From assembly GCA_038231275.1 (NCBI GenBank), contig JBBRLQ010000001.1:480001-544000 (forward strand): 64,000 nt of DNA, given 5' to 3'. The first letter of the stretch is position 1, and every line of letters begins with the position of its first letter. Below the pieces are notes generated by a model, which had not been told where the DNA came from, searched no databases, and saw only the letters and a program-made list of their open reading frames with translations. Positions 9,785 through 19,305 of this stretch are shown here, piece by piece. This DNA is from Polyangiales bacterium (GTDB taxonomy: Bacteria > Myxococcota_A > Polyangia > Polyangiales > Polyangiaceae). The position numbers were made by a program, and so were the translations under genes.

Positions 9785-10516
9785 GTGGCACAGCCGGAAA
9801 TTCCCGAGAGCGCTGCGCCCGTCCCGCCGGTCCTTGCGGTTCGCGACGTCGTAAAGCGCGTTCGGGACGGGGAGGAGCGGCGCACCGTCGTCGACGGGGT
9901 GTCGTTCGAGGTCGCACAAGGTGAGCTCGTGATCTTGCGTGGTCCTAGCGGCAGCGGGAAGACGACGCTGCTCGCCCTCGCCGGCGCAATGCTCGCGCCG
10001 ACGAGCGGAGAGGTTCTCTTGGGCGGCGAGCCGACGTCGCGTCTTCGCGAGGCGCACCGGGCCGAAGCACGTAGGCGGAAGGTCGGGTACGTGTTTCAAG
10101 ATCTGCAGCTCGTCGAGGAGATGTCCGCGCGCGACAACGTCTTGCTCCCGCGCGTCCCCGACGGCGTCACGAGCGGCGACGAAGCGCGCGCGGACGAGCT
10201 CCTCACGCGCTTCGGCGTCGGCGCGCGCGGCCACACGCGTGCACGCTCGCTCTCTGGCGGAGAGCGCCAGCGCGTCGCCTTCGCGCGCGCGCTCGTCTGC
10301 GATCCGCCGCTCCTGCTCCTCGACGAGCCCACCGCCCACCTCGACGATGCGCGCGCAGAGGAGATCGCCGGCGAGCTCGAGCGGCTCGCCGCGAGCGGCC
10401 GCGCGGTCCTCGTCGCCACCCACGATCCGCGCATCGCCGAGCGCGCGGCCGTCACGCGCGTCCTTCGCCTTGCGGCCGGGCGCATCGAGGACCACGCTAC
10501 GGAGCGAGGCGCATGA
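9785..10516 (+). CDS. ABC transporter ATP-binding protein (LolD/MacB-like)
   Basis: GPSGSGKTT, LSGGERQRVA, LLLDEPTAHLD and ATHD motifs. Confidence 0.92.
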   Translation: MAQPEIPESAAPVPPVLAVRDVVKRVRDGEERRTVVDGVSFEVAQGELVILRGPSGSGKTTLLALAGAMLAPTSGEVLLGGEPTSRLREAHRAEARRRKVGYVFQDLQLVEEMSARDNVLLPRVPDGVTSGDEARADELLTRFGVGARGHTRARSLSGGERQRVAFARALVCDPPLLLLDEPTAHLDDARAEEIAGELERLAASGRAVLVATHDPRIAERAAVTRVLRLAAGRIEDHATERGA

Positions 10517-11535
10517 CGAATCTGCTCGAGCCGTGGGTCTTGCTCCGTCTCGTCGCCGGCTTCCTCGCGGCGCTCCTCTTCGCGCGCGGCGCTCTCACTG
10601 CCGCTCGCGTGCTCCGGCACTTCGACCTCGCCCACGCGACGGAGGGCCAGCTCGCGCTCGAGAAGCAGCTCGAGCTGTCCGCGTCGTTCGTCCGCGTCGC
10701 GACGATCGTGCAGATCGCGTCGCTCGTCCTCTCCGTGCTCGCGGCCGACCGCCTCAGCCACGGCATCCGCGGAGCCATGTGCGCGTACGGCGTGTTCGCG
10801 GCCAACGACGCGGGCTTCCCGTCGCTCTTCGTCACCGTCGGCGTCGCGGTCGTCGCCGGCGTCCTCGCGCAGGCGTACGCCTTCGACGCGCGCGTCCGCG
10901 GGATGGATCTCGTGCGCCCCCTCGCGATCGCGACGCTCGCGTTCGCGCCGCTCGCCGTCGTCGATCTGGTGATGACCGCGCGCTTCCTCACCCGCCTCGA
11001 TCTCTCCGTCGTCGCGTCGTGCTGCTCGGTCAACCTCGACGCCGCGGCGGCGGGGAACGGCGGCTACACGAGCGGCCCTCGCGCGCTCACGACGGTCCTC
11101 GCCCCGATCGCGGTGGGCCTCTCGATCGTCGTCGCGCTGCTCGCCTCGCGACGTCCCACCGCGCCGCGCGCCGCGTTCGCAGGCGCTCTCGCCGTCCTCG
11201 CGTTGCCGATCGCGGTGGGCGCGTGCGTCCTCGAGGTCGCGCCGCACGCCTTCGAAGTCCCGCAACACGTGTGCCCTTTCTGTCTGCTCAAGCCGGACGT
11301 CCTCGGTCTCGGCTATCCGCTCTTCGGTGCGATCTTCCTCGCGGTCGTGTGGGGCGCCGGCGCGGCGGTGGCGGGCCTCCTCGCGCGTGGTCCTGCGGCG
11401 CGCGCCGCGTTCGGTCCCTTCGCGCGCGGTCTGCTCCGTCGCGAGGCCGTCGCGTGGGGCGTCGCGCTGGCGCTCGGCCTTGCGCCGATCCTCCGCTATG
11501 CCATCGTGGCGGGCGGAGCCTCCCTGTTCCGATGA
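10513..11535 (+). CDS. Polytopic membrane protein with Cys motifs (GAMC, SCCS, HVCPFC)
   Basis: Several hydrophobic segments; ATGA-coupled to both neighbours. Confidence 0.8.
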   Translation: MTNLLEPWVLLRLVAGFLAALLFARGALTAARVLRHFDLAHATEGQLALEKQLELSASFVRVATIVQIASLVLSVLAADRLSHGIRGAMCAYGVFAANDAGFPSLFVTVGVAVVAGVLAQAYAFDARVRGMDLVRPLAIATLAFAPLAVVDLVMTARFLTRLDLSVVASCCSVNLDAAAAGNGGYTSGPRALTTVLAPIAVGLSIVVALLASRRPTAPRAAFAGALAVLALPIAVGACVLEVAPHAFEVPQHVCPFCLLKPDVLGLGYPLFGAIFLAVVWGAGAAVAGLLARGPAARAAFGPFARGLLRREAVAWGVALALGLAPILRYAIVAGGASLFR

Positions 11536-11948
11536 TCCCGCGCCGCCGCTTCATCGCCGTCATCGCAACGTGCGCCGTGTCCTCCGTGGCATGCAAGCGC
11601 GAGCCTCGCTGCGCGCACTGCGGAATGAAGCTCGATCCGACCAGCAGCTGGACGACCGAGCTTCGCGGCGGGAGCCCCGAAAAATACGACACGCCGCGCT
11701 GCGCGCTTACCGCGTGGCGTAGAGGTCGCGCGAGCACCACCGGCGTGAAGGTCGTCGAGTACTACGATCGCGCGCCGCGCGACGGCGCCGAAGTCTCGTT
11801 CGTCGTGGGCAGCGACGTCCTCGGGCCGATGGGACCTGACGCCGTGCCCGTCGCAAAGGACCGCGCGGACCGCTTCGTCAAAGACCACGGCGGCCGCAAG
11901 CTCGGCCTCGACGATCTCACGCTGCACGTCCTCGAGGAGCTGAAGTGA
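11532..11948 (+). CDS. nosL: NosL-family (copper chaperone-like) lipoprotein
   Basis: Lipobox SVAC; CAHCGM, GSDVLGPMG and FVKDHGG motifs. Confidence 0.8.
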   Translation: MIPRRRFIAVIATCAVSSVACKREPRCAHCGMKLDPTSSWTTELRGGSPEKYDTPRCALTAWRRGRASTTGVKVVEYYDRAPRDGAEVSFVVGSDVLGPMGPDAVPVAKDRADRFVKDHGGRKLGLDDLTLHVLEELK

Positions 11949-12220
11949 CCGACGATCTCCCGAAGCCGCCGCCCGACGCTCCCGAAGAACCGCCGCAGGA
12001 TTTGCCCCCGCGCGTGCGTCGCATCCTGCGTTCGGTCTATGCGATCGAAGGCGTCGCCGGCGCGCGCGTCTGGCTCTGGGAGCAAAAGGTCGCGGTCGGC
12101 GTGCGCGGCACCCACGCCATCTCCGTCCCCGAGCTCCTCCGCCGCGTCGAGACCGCGGTGGCGCCGCTCCGCGAGCCCGACGAGACGTGGGACTTCGGTC
12201 TCCTCGAAGAGGACGCCTGA
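11945..12220 (+). CDS. Hypothetical protein
   Basis: GTGA overlap with the nosL stop; plausible protein sequence. Confidence 0.65.
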   Translation: MTDDLPKPPPDAPEEPPQDLPPRVRRILRSVYAIEGVAGARVWLWEQKVAVGVRGTHAISVPELLRRVETAVAPLREPDETWDFGLLEEDA

Positions 12221-12262
12221 CAAAACGCAGCGAGCGCGCCTCCCCGAAGAGAAGCGCGCCCG
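12221..12262 (-). terminator. Possible intrinsic terminator downstream of cdnL
   Basis: Minus strand GC-rich hairpin with TTCG loop followed by a short TTTT. Confidence 0.4.
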
Positions 12263-12281
12263 GCGACGAGAACGTGCGGAA

Positions 12282-12788
12282 CTAGTTCGAGACGAAGATC
12301 GCTTCGATCTCGTTCTTGACCTGCTCCTCGGTCTGCTCGCGCGCGATGGCGATCTCCTTCACGATGAGCGTGCGCGCGGTGTCGAGCATGCGGCGCTCGC
12401 CGAACGAGAGCTGCTTGTCCGTCTTCAGGCGGTACAGATCGCGGAGGACCTCGGCGACGTCGTAGATCGAGCCGGTCTTGATCTTGTCCATGAACCCGCG
12501 GTAGCGGCGGTTCCAGGTCTGGTTGTCGAACGCGACGTTGCGCTCCCTGAGGATGTCGAAAATCTCGCGGATCTCGACTTCGCTGATGACGCAACGGAGG
12601 CCGACGGCGCTCGCGTTGCTGACGGGCACCATGATCTTGCGGTCGGTATCCAGGATGCGAAGAACGTAGAAGCGCTGACGCGTGCCGGCGATGTCTTTCT
12701 CTTCGATCCGGATGACCTCAGCCACACCCTGCGCCGGGTAAACGGCCTTGTCGCCAACCTTGAACTTGACCTCGGTACCAGCTTGCAT
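12282..12788 (-). CDS. cdnL: CarD family RNA polymerase-binding regulator (CdnL type)
   Basis: FKVGDKAVYPAQGV, TWNRRYR, AEVLRDL and LSFGERRMLDTAR motifs; 168 aa with no AT-hook domain. Confidence 0.93.
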   Translation of the reverse strand: MQAGTEVKFKVGDKAVYPAQGVAEVIRIEEKDIAGTRQRFYVLRILDTDRKIMVPVSNASAVGLRCVISEVEIREIFDILRERNVAFDNQTWNRRYRGFMDKIKTGSIYDVAEVLRDLYRLKTDKQLSFGERRMLDTARTLIVKEIAIAREQTEEQVKNEIEAIFVSN

Positions 12789-13078
12789 AGTGTCTCCTCA
12801 GGTTCCTGTTTTCGGCGTGGGGTCGCGGCTCCGAGTCCGGGAGTCGCAAAAGGAAAAAGCCCTCCGTCACCTGATGACCCCAAGCTCTTCCTGAACAGCC
12901 GGAGCTGGAAGAAGTTGAGGACCGCCAAGTCGCGGGACTTCGAGACGAACGTGATCGAACGGGGGCGTTTGTCGGAAGACGAAGAATCGATTTCCTCGAG
13001 CCCGCGGGAGGGAGTCAGTGGGACAGAACGCCCGCTGACGATGCGGTCCGAGGCGGTGGGCAGAATTCAGGCGAGCGC

Positions 13079-13108
13079 ACTGTAATTGGCCGGAGGCCTG
13101 TTTGTCAA
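13079..13108 (-). promoter_or_regulatory. Sigma-70 promoter upstream of cdnL
   Basis: Minus strand TTGACA-N18-TACAGT. Confidence 0.65.
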
Positions 13109-13367
13109 ACGGGAAGCGCCGTCAAAGTGTGATCTGCGTCAAACCGTGTGGCGTTCCCGTGCAAAAAGCGAACAGCGCGGGCGAGCAGGAAATCAGAAGA
13201 GTCCCGCTCACTTCGAGTAAGAACACGACAGGAGGCGGGACCTCGTCCGTCGCGCGCATGTGCGCCAGCTGAATACACTGTAGCATGGGCCGGCCATTGC
13301 GCCAGTCGATCGGCCGGTTCCTTTTCTGCGGAGGCTCGGCCGACCAGACGCCGCCCTCGCCCTCGGA

Positions 13368-14282
13368 CTACGCGCGCGCGGCGAGGGCTTGCGCGATTCC
13401 CCACCGCACACCGCGATCGGAGATGCGCACGGCGGGAGCGCCCCATCGATCGAGGAGCGACAGCGCGACGAGCCCGCCCGCGACGATGACGTCCGCGCGT
13501 TTTGGTTCGAGGCCCTTCACCGTCCGCCGCTCGGCCACCGTCTTCGCCGCGAGGCCTTGCACCACACGCCGGAGCGTCGTGGTCTGTAGCTCGAGGCCGT
13601 GCACGCGCGTGCCGTCATACGTCTCGAGCTCCAGCGCGATGGCGGCGAGCGTCGTCATCGTCCCCGCCACGCCAACGGGAACTCCGCGTACGGGAGGCAC
13701 GTTCTCGAACGTCGTCGCGGCGTCGCGCATGATCGCGTCGAGCTCGTCGGGCGCGATCGGATCGCTCTTCACGTGGCGCTCGGTGAGCCGGACGCTGCCA
13801 ACGTCGAAGCTCCGCGCCCACGTGATCGTCGCAGGGGCCTTGCCGACGATGACCTCGGTGCTCCCGCCGCCGATGTCGAAGACGCACACGTCGCGGCCGT
13901 CTTCGTAGCCCAGGCCGCTGGTCGCGCCGGCGAACGAGACGCGCGCCTCCTCGTCCCCCGAGATGACGCGCGCGTCGACGCCGATCGCCCGCTTCACGTG
14001 CGCGCGCACTTCGTCGCCGCCCTTCGCGTCGCGCATGGCGCTCGTGCCGACGACGTCGACGCGCGTAGCGCCGAGGCGCTTCAGGTGCGCCCCATACGCG
14101 TCGAGGCACGCCACGGTCCGCGCGATCGCGTCGGGGTGCAGCGTCCGTGTCTTGTCGACGTCCTGACCGAGGCGCGTGATCGTCGCGTGATCTTCGATGG
14201 CGCGAAGGACGCCGTCTTCGCCGGTCTCGGCCACGAGCAAGAGAACGGTGTTGGTGCCGATGTCGATCGCTCCGACGCGCAT
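13368..14282 (-). CDS. ppx: Ppx/GppA family exopolyphosphatase
   Basis: AIDIGTNT, GTSAMRDA, ISGDEEA, DIGGGSTE and GVRWG motifs. Confidence 0.92.
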   Translation of the reverse strand: MRVGAIDIGTNTVLLLVAETGEDGVLRAIEDHATITRLGQDVDKTRTLHPDAIARTVACLDAYGAHLKRLGATRVDVVGTSAMRDAKGGDEVRAHVKRAIGVDARVISGDEEARVSFAGATSGLGYEDGRDVCVFDIGGGSTEVIVGKAPATITWARSFDVGSVRLTERHVKSDPIAPDELDAIMRDAATTFENVPPVRGVPVGVAGTMTTLAAIALELETYDGTRVHGLELQTTTLRRVVQGLAAKTVAERRTVKGLEPKRADVIVAGGLVALSLLDRWGAPAVRISDRGVRWGIAQALAARA

Positions 14283-14309
14283 GCGACCCACTTCAGCACG
14301 CGCGCCCAC

Positions 14310-14346
14310 AAAACGAAACGGGGCGAGCCCCGAAGGACACGCCCCG
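14310..14346 (-). terminator. Intrinsic terminator after the OmpA/MotB gene
   Basis: Minus strand CGGGGCG...TTCG...CGCCCCG followed by TTTCGTTTT. Confidence 0.7.
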
Positions 14347-14365
14347 CCGTCCCGTCACGCGACGA

Positions 14366-15220
14366 CTACTTGATCGTGTTGAGGTTCAGCATCTCTTCCA
14401 CGTTCGGCTGGACGACCAGCTCGACGCGGCGGTTCTTCTGCTGCTGGTCCTTGTCCTGAACGTCGATCGTGCCGATCTGCGGATCGGTCTCGCCGTAGCC
14501 GCTCGCCGCCCAGTGGCGCGGGTTGAGGCCGCCACCGCTCGGGCCCGCCTTCGGGTCTTTCGGCGGCGTGTTGGGCGTCACGAGGAAGAGGAGGACGGTG
14601 CGCGCGCGCGCGAGCGACAATCCCCAGTTGTCCTTGAAGGCACCACCGGCCGGGTACTTCACGTTGTCGGTGTGGCCGGCGACCTGGAAGTTGCGCTTCG
14701 CGAGATCGGCGTCGCTGCGAATGACCTCGGCGACCTGACCGAGGACCTCTCTGCCTTGCGGCTTGATCTCGTCTTTGCCCGAGTCGAAGAGGATGTCGCC
14801 CGGCAGCTGGATGACCATGCGGTTGTTTCGCACGACGACCTTGAGGCCGATCTGATTCAGCTTGTCGAGCTTCGACCTGAGCTCGCGGAAGCGCGCCTCG
14901 ATCGCGGCGAGCTGATCGGCGCGCTGCTTGTACTCGGAGAGCGCTTGCTGCAGCTTCGCGGCTTCGTCCTTCGACTGGCCGAGGGCGACGCCGGCTTGCT
15001 GGAGATGCTCCTTCATCTGGTCAATCTGCGCCTGCGCGTCGTTGAAGCGCGACTGATCTTGGGCGATCTGGTTCTTCGCGGCCTTCAGATCGGCGCCCAG
15101 CTTGTCGATCTCCCGCTGTTTCGCCGCCATCTCCTCGTCGGTGTGGCCGCAGCCCACGAGCCCGAACATCGCCACCGCGAGAATCGACAACAGCCAAAGG
15201 TACGCCTTCGTGCTTTTCAC
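14366..15220 (-). CDS. OmpA/MotB family peptidoglycan-binding lipoprotein with coiled coil
   Basis: Lipobox LVGC; ILFDSG, VAGHTD, NWGLSLARA and KNRRVE motifs. Confidence 0.9.
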   Translation of the reverse strand: MKSTKAYLWLLSILAVAMFGLVGCGHTDEEMAAKQREIDKLGADLKAAKNQIAQDQSRFNDAQAQIDQMKEHLQQAGVALGQSKDEAAKLQQALSEYKQRADQLAAIEARFRELRSKLDKLNQIGLKVVVRNNRMVIQLPGDILFDSGKDEIKPQGREVLGQVAEVIRSDADLAKRNFQVAGHTDNVKYPAGGAFKDNWGLSLARARTVLLFLVTPNTPPKDPKAGPSGGGLNPRHWAASGYGETDPQIGTIDVQDKDQQQKNRRVELVVQPNVEEMLNLNTIK

Positions 15221-15390
15221 CGGAGAACCTCCTCACCGCGCCGGACTCGGCGGGCACAAAAAAGAAACGCCGAGACGGTAACCGGGCCGCCCTCTTCGCG
15301 CAACGGGCCGTTGGATCCGTGCTGCGCCTCGTGAAATTGGGTTTTCAGTCGCCGGCGCGGCCCGCGCGACGCCCCGCGCGCTCTGCCCTC

Positions 15391-15440
15391 ACGTGTCAAA
15401 AAAAAAGTCTTTGACATGTAACGTAGGTGACCATATAGGT
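15391..15440 (+). promoter_or_regulatory. Promoter with overlapping inverted repeat, upstream of the histone-like gene
   Basis: ACGTGTCAAA-N9-TTTGACATGT palindrome; TTGACA-N17-TATAGG; AGGAGG RBS downstream. Confidence 0.55.
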
Positions 15441-15473
15441 ACTGCAACACCTCATCCCCGTAGGAGGACGATC

Positions 15474-15785
15474 ATGGCTGCTAAAAAAGGTGCCAAAAAG
15501 GGCGCGAAGAAGACCAAGACCACCAAGAAGGCGGCTGGTAAGACCGCCAAGAAGCCGGCGAAGCGCAAGGCTGCCAAGAAGAAGGCTGCCAAAAAGCCAG
15601 CTAGGAAGGCCGCCCCGAAGCCGGCCGCCAAGAAGAGCTCGGGACGATCGGCCGCGAAGCGCGGCGGCGGCGGTGGTCGGACTTCTGCGACCGCCGCACC
15701 TAAGCCGGCACCCCCGGCGGGCGTCCCGTCGATGCTCGGCGGAGCCCCCACGTCCAGCCACCGGCCGGACGACGGAGAGGAATAG
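15474..15785 (+). CDS. Lys/Ala-rich histone H1-like protein
   Basis: MAAKKGAKKG...KKAAKKPARKAAPKPAAKK; strong RBS. Confidence 0.8.
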   Translation: MAAKKGAKKGAKKTKTTKKAAGKTAKKPAKRKAAKKKAAKKPARKAAPKPAAKKSSGRSAAKRGGGGGRTSATAAPKPAPPAGVPSMLGGAPTSSHRPDDGEE

Positions 15786-15900
15786 TCGAGCAACTCCTTA
15801 CACTTATTCTTTAGGGTCGTGATTCTGCGGCCGTGACTGAAGGGCGCATTCCTCAACGGGAACTGCGCCCTTCGGCCATTTCGGAGCAATGGGGGTCGGC

Positions 15901-16296
15901 ATGAGTCAGCCACGCAAAAGGGCCGTCATCGTGATCGGCGCCGGCGCCCTGTCGTGGATCGGCTTGGCGTGCGGCACCAGCCAGAAGGCCGAGTGCTTTT
16001 GCGATAGCCCCGCCGCGGTGACCATTCGCGCGCCGTCCGGGGCGATCTCGGCGGTGAAGCTGGGCGGGGCGTGCGCGGGCGTCTTTCCGTCGTGCCAGGG
16101 GAACGGCGATGCCGTCTACCCGACGGGGTGCGCCGAGACGCTCCTCTTCCCTCGAAACACCGGGACCTGCGACATCGAAGTCGACTTCTTCGACGGGCGC
16201 GCGTTTCGAAGCTCCGTTTCGCTCGTCGCGGACGGTACGTGCTGCGGCATCGTTCGGGCAGCGACGCCCGACGGCGGCACCCTCGCCGTGCCGTGA
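15901..16296 (+). CDS. Small Cys-rich lipoprotein
   Basis: Lipobox GLAC; 8 further Cys. Confidence 0.7.
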   Translation: MSQPRKRAVIVIGAGALSWIGLACGTSQKAECFCDSPAAVTIRAPSGAISAVKLGGACAGVFPSCQGNGDAVYPTGCAETLLFPRNTGTCDIEVDFFDGRAFRSSVSLVADGTCCGIVRAATPDGGTLAVP

Positions 16297-16303
16297 GGCG
16301 TGC

Positions 16304-17890
16304 TCACTCCCCGAGGTAGAGGCGCAGGCTCTCGGCGGCCGCGCGGCGATCGAACGTCAGGCCGGCGAGCTCGTCGCGCCTTCCGATGCTCTCGAACAGC
16401 GCGGTCAGGAACTCGAAGAACTGATCGCACTCGACCGTCGCCGCTGCGAGGCGCCCCGGATCGACGAGGTCCGCCTCTTCGAGCGAGCTCATCGCCCCCA
16501 TGAACGCGTCGAAGCGCGGGTAGTCGGCGGCGCGAAGGAGCGGGTACCCCATCGAGCGAAAGTACGCGAGGAACTCGCGCACGAACTGGAGGCTCGACGC
16601 TCCCGACCACCGCACGTCGGCCGACGGCGCCGCGCGCGCCTTCGTCGAGAACGCGCGGACGATCTGCGCGAACATCCACACGTCGCGGCGGAGACGCTCG
16701 GAGAGCGTGCGGCGCGCGACGTGATCGTCGAAGACGCCGTGCTCGTCGAGGCGCGTGCCCAGCGTCTTGCCGAGAAAAAGCACCGCGTTTTGTAGGGCAG
16801 GGCGGAGGTTCGACACGGTGCGGATGACGGCGGCGCGTACGGCCTCGCCGGTGGCGCTCTCCGGCGGAACGAAATCGTGCTCGAACGCGCGGCGCATCTC
16901 GAGGCGCAGGTTCGCCGCGATGCCGCCGAGCGTGGCCTTGATGCCGAGCAGGCGATGCCCCTCGGCGCGGAGCGCCTCGTAGCGCGCGGCCATCTGCACC
17001 GCCGGCGTCCGCAGGAGCTCGCGCTCGTAGCTGTCGGCGAGCAGGACCCCGGTGCGCTGGCGAAGGTAGCCGGTGAGCGCGCGCGCATCGGAGCGGAGCA
17101 CGCTCATCACGAGGTAGACCACGCCTGCCATGCGACGCGAGCTCGCTTCGTCCTTCGCCGCGCTCTCGCAGAGCGACAAATACCGCAGCATCCGGAAGAG
17201 CGAGAGGAACGACAGCGCGACGAGCCGCCGCGCCTGTTCGCCGTTCACGCCGCGCATCAAGTCGAGGATGCGCGCGTTGGCGATGCGATCGAACTCTGGT
17301 CGGAACTCGAGCGCGTTCAGCGGATTGAAATACGCCGAGCGCGAGACCTCGCGCTGCGCGACGCCGAGCAGCGCGTAAAAGAGGCGGTACGGCACCCGCT
17401 CGAGGCGCGCCACGCCGGTCGTCACCTCGTGGAGGTTCGACATCGAGTGACGGAGGACGAAGAGCGACTCCTCGGGCGTGTCTTGCGCGAGCGTCTCGTG
17501 GACGAGCCGCGTGCGCGCGCCGTCGTCCGGCAGCACCGTCTCCAGGTAGCGCGAGAAGACGAACGCGCGCTCGCGATCGACGAGGAGCGTGCGGCACAGG
17601 GCCACGATGCGCGCCATCGCGTCCTTCGCCAAGACGAGCGGCTCACGGAAATCCTGCGCGACGACGGGAATGCGCCGCGCCGGCCCCGCGTGATTTCTCG
17701 GATTGGCGAAGCACGCGAGGCCCTTCAGCAGAATCTCGAGCTCGAAGAGGAGCTCGTCTTTGCGATCGAGCGGCAGGCGCGACAGCCACGTCTCGCGCGC
17801 GAGCGCCTGCTCGCGGCGAAGCCCGCGCGTGTCGCGCAACAGGTCGCCGTACGGATCGCGCCCGTCCGGCGGGAGAGTGCGCGGCGGCAT
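16304..17890 (-). CDS. Hypothetical helical protein (about 528 aa)
   Basis: Long ORF with host-like codon usage downstream of the TrmB gene; start uncertain. Confidence 0.8.
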   Translation of the reverse strand: MPPRTLPPDGRDPYGDLLRDTRGLRREQALARETWLSRLPLDRKDELLFELEILLKGLACFANPRNHAGPARRIPVVAQDFREPLVLAKDAMARIVALCRTLLVDRERAFVFSRYLETVLPDDGARTRLVHETLAQDTPEESLFVLRHSMSNLHEVTTGVARLERVPYRLFYALLGVAQREVSRSAYFNPLNALEFRPEFDRIANARILDLMRGVNGEQARRLVALSFLSLFRMLRYLSLCESAAKDEASSRRMAGVVYLVMSVLRSDARALTGYLRQRTGVLLADSYERELLRTPAVQMAARYEALRAEGHRLLGIKATLGGIAANLRLEMRRAFEHDFVPPESATGEAVRAAVIRTVSNLRPALQNAVLFLGKTLGTRLDEHGVFDDHVARRTLSERLRRDVWMFAQIVRAFSTKARAAPSADVRWSGASSLQFVREFLAYFRSMGYPLLRAADYPRFDAFMGAMSSLEEADLVDPGRLAAATVECDQFFEFLTALFESIGRRDELAGLTFDRRAAAESLRLYLGE

Positions 17891-17937
17891 CGACGGAGGG
17901 CGCGACGGGGAGGTGACGGTCACCGCCCTCGAGAGTA

Positions 17938-18789
17938 TCAGGCCGGCGCGCGCGTGCGGACGCGAGCCTCGGCCCCCGCCTTCTTCTTGGAGAGGAGCGA
18001 GTCGAGGCGGCCGACGCGGCTGCCGAGCATCCGCGCCATCACGTGCTGCACGTCGCGCTTTGTGCGCTGGCACAGGAGCGTGATGTCGAGCGCAACCTGG
18101 CTCGTCGCGATCTCGGCGATCGCGCGCGTCTCGCTGACGACCGCGTTGTCGTCGTTGCCCTGTTCGGTCGCGGCGATGAGCGATCGCGTGTCGTCGGCGA
18201 CGACCACGAGGCGGTGTTTCCAGAACTCTTCGAGCGACGCCTCGTCGAGCTCGTAGCTGAAGAGCTCGCCCGGCAACGTCGCTGGGAGGGCCGAGTGCGA
18301 GAAGACGACGATGTAGACCTTGCGCTTCGCCGCCTTCTTCAGCTCGCTCGACAAGTGCTCGAGCTCCCGAGGCCAACCGGAGACGACGAGGCGATCCTCT
18401 GCGCCGCGAACCAGACGCTCGGCCTCCTCGACGACGCGGGCATACCCGCGCACGCTGAAGGCGTCCGGGATCGGCGGCGCCACGTCGATCTCTCTCACGG
18501 CTTTGTCGAGCGTCTCGGCGGACGTGTCGAAGCGCTTGCGCAAGAGAATGAGGAGCTCGTCCGCCGGCGCCGGCGCGAAGCGTTCCGGCGAGCCCGCGAT
18601 CGACCGGGCGGCGCCGGCCTTCACGAGGCGACGGAGGACGCCGTACACCGCCGACCGCGGGATCTGCGCGCGCACGCCGACCTCGTAGCCGGTCGCCGGG
18701 CTCTCCTGAAGGAGCGCGGCGTAGGCGCGCGACTCGTTCAGACTGAACCCGAGGGCGACGAGCGCCTGCACGACGTCCGGTTCTGCCAT
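17938..18789 (-). CDS. TrmB family transcriptional regulator
   Basis: LGFSLNESRAYAALLQESPATGYEV...IPRSAVYGVLRRL wHTH plus C-terminal effector domain. Confidence 0.9.
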   Translation of the reverse strand: MAEPDVVQALVALGFSLNESRAYAALLQESPATGYEVGVRAQIPRSAVYGVLRRLVKAGAARSIAGSPERFAPAPADELLILLRKRFDTSAETLDKAVREIDVAPPIPDAFSVRGYARVVEEAERLVRGAEDRLVVSGWPRELEHLSSELKKAAKRKVYIVVFSHSALPATLPGELFSYELDEASLEEFWKHRLVVVADDTRSLIAATEQGNDDNAVVSETRAIAEIATSQVALDITLLCQRTKRDVQHVMARMLGSRVGRLDSLLSKKKAGAEARVRTRAPA

Positions 18790-19031
18790 GGGGCATTTCT
18801 CCCATGGAACCCGTACCTCAGGTGCAAAAATCCCTTATCACCCCAGGGTTTGGCGCCATTCGTAACGAAATCGAGCGAAATTGCGCGCGCGCAAGCCCTC
18901 CTTAGCGGAAAAAAAACTGGCCCGCGTCGTCGATACCTTTGTACCCTCCCGCGCGTAGCTGAGACGGACTCGGCGTGTTCGCCGGGGAGTTTCGAAATGG
19001 GCGCGTTCGCGCGTTGAGTGAGGAGAACATT

Positions 19032-19286
19032 ATGAACATCGGCAAGACGTTGGCGGTTTCGGCTGTCTCGAGCATCCTCGTGGGCGTTCTCGCCGCGTGT
19101 GGCGGCGCGCCCGCGGATGGCGCGAAGGTCCCCTCGACGGACATGGCCCCGCCGGCGGCGAAGGACTGCTGCAAGGGCAAGAACGAGTGCAAGGGCAAGT
19201 CCGGCTGCAAGACCGAGACGAACGCCACCTGCGCCGGTCACAACGAGTGCAAGGGCAAGGGCACGACCTGCGCCAAGCCGGCCTGA
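19032..19286 (+). CDS. bufA: Bufferin-type (BufA2-like) Cys-rich RiPP precursor, lipoprotein
   Basis: Lipobox LAAC; two NECKGK repeats; 7 core Cys; lies next to DUF692. Confidence 0.8.
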   Translation: MNIGKTLAVSAVSSILVGVLAACGGAPADGAKVPSTDMAPPAAKDCCKGKNECKGKSGCKTETNATCAGHNECKGKGTTCAKPA

Positions 19287-19305
19287 TTTTTCAGAGCTGA
19301 GCACG

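Noticed and set aside
11532-11948. Evidence of N2O respiration
   Set aside because: nosL alone is insufficient; no nosZ, nosD or nosR is in the window.
14366-15220. Flagellar stator MotB
   Set aside because: It has a lipobox and coiled coil rather than the MotB TM with conserved Asp, and there is no motA.
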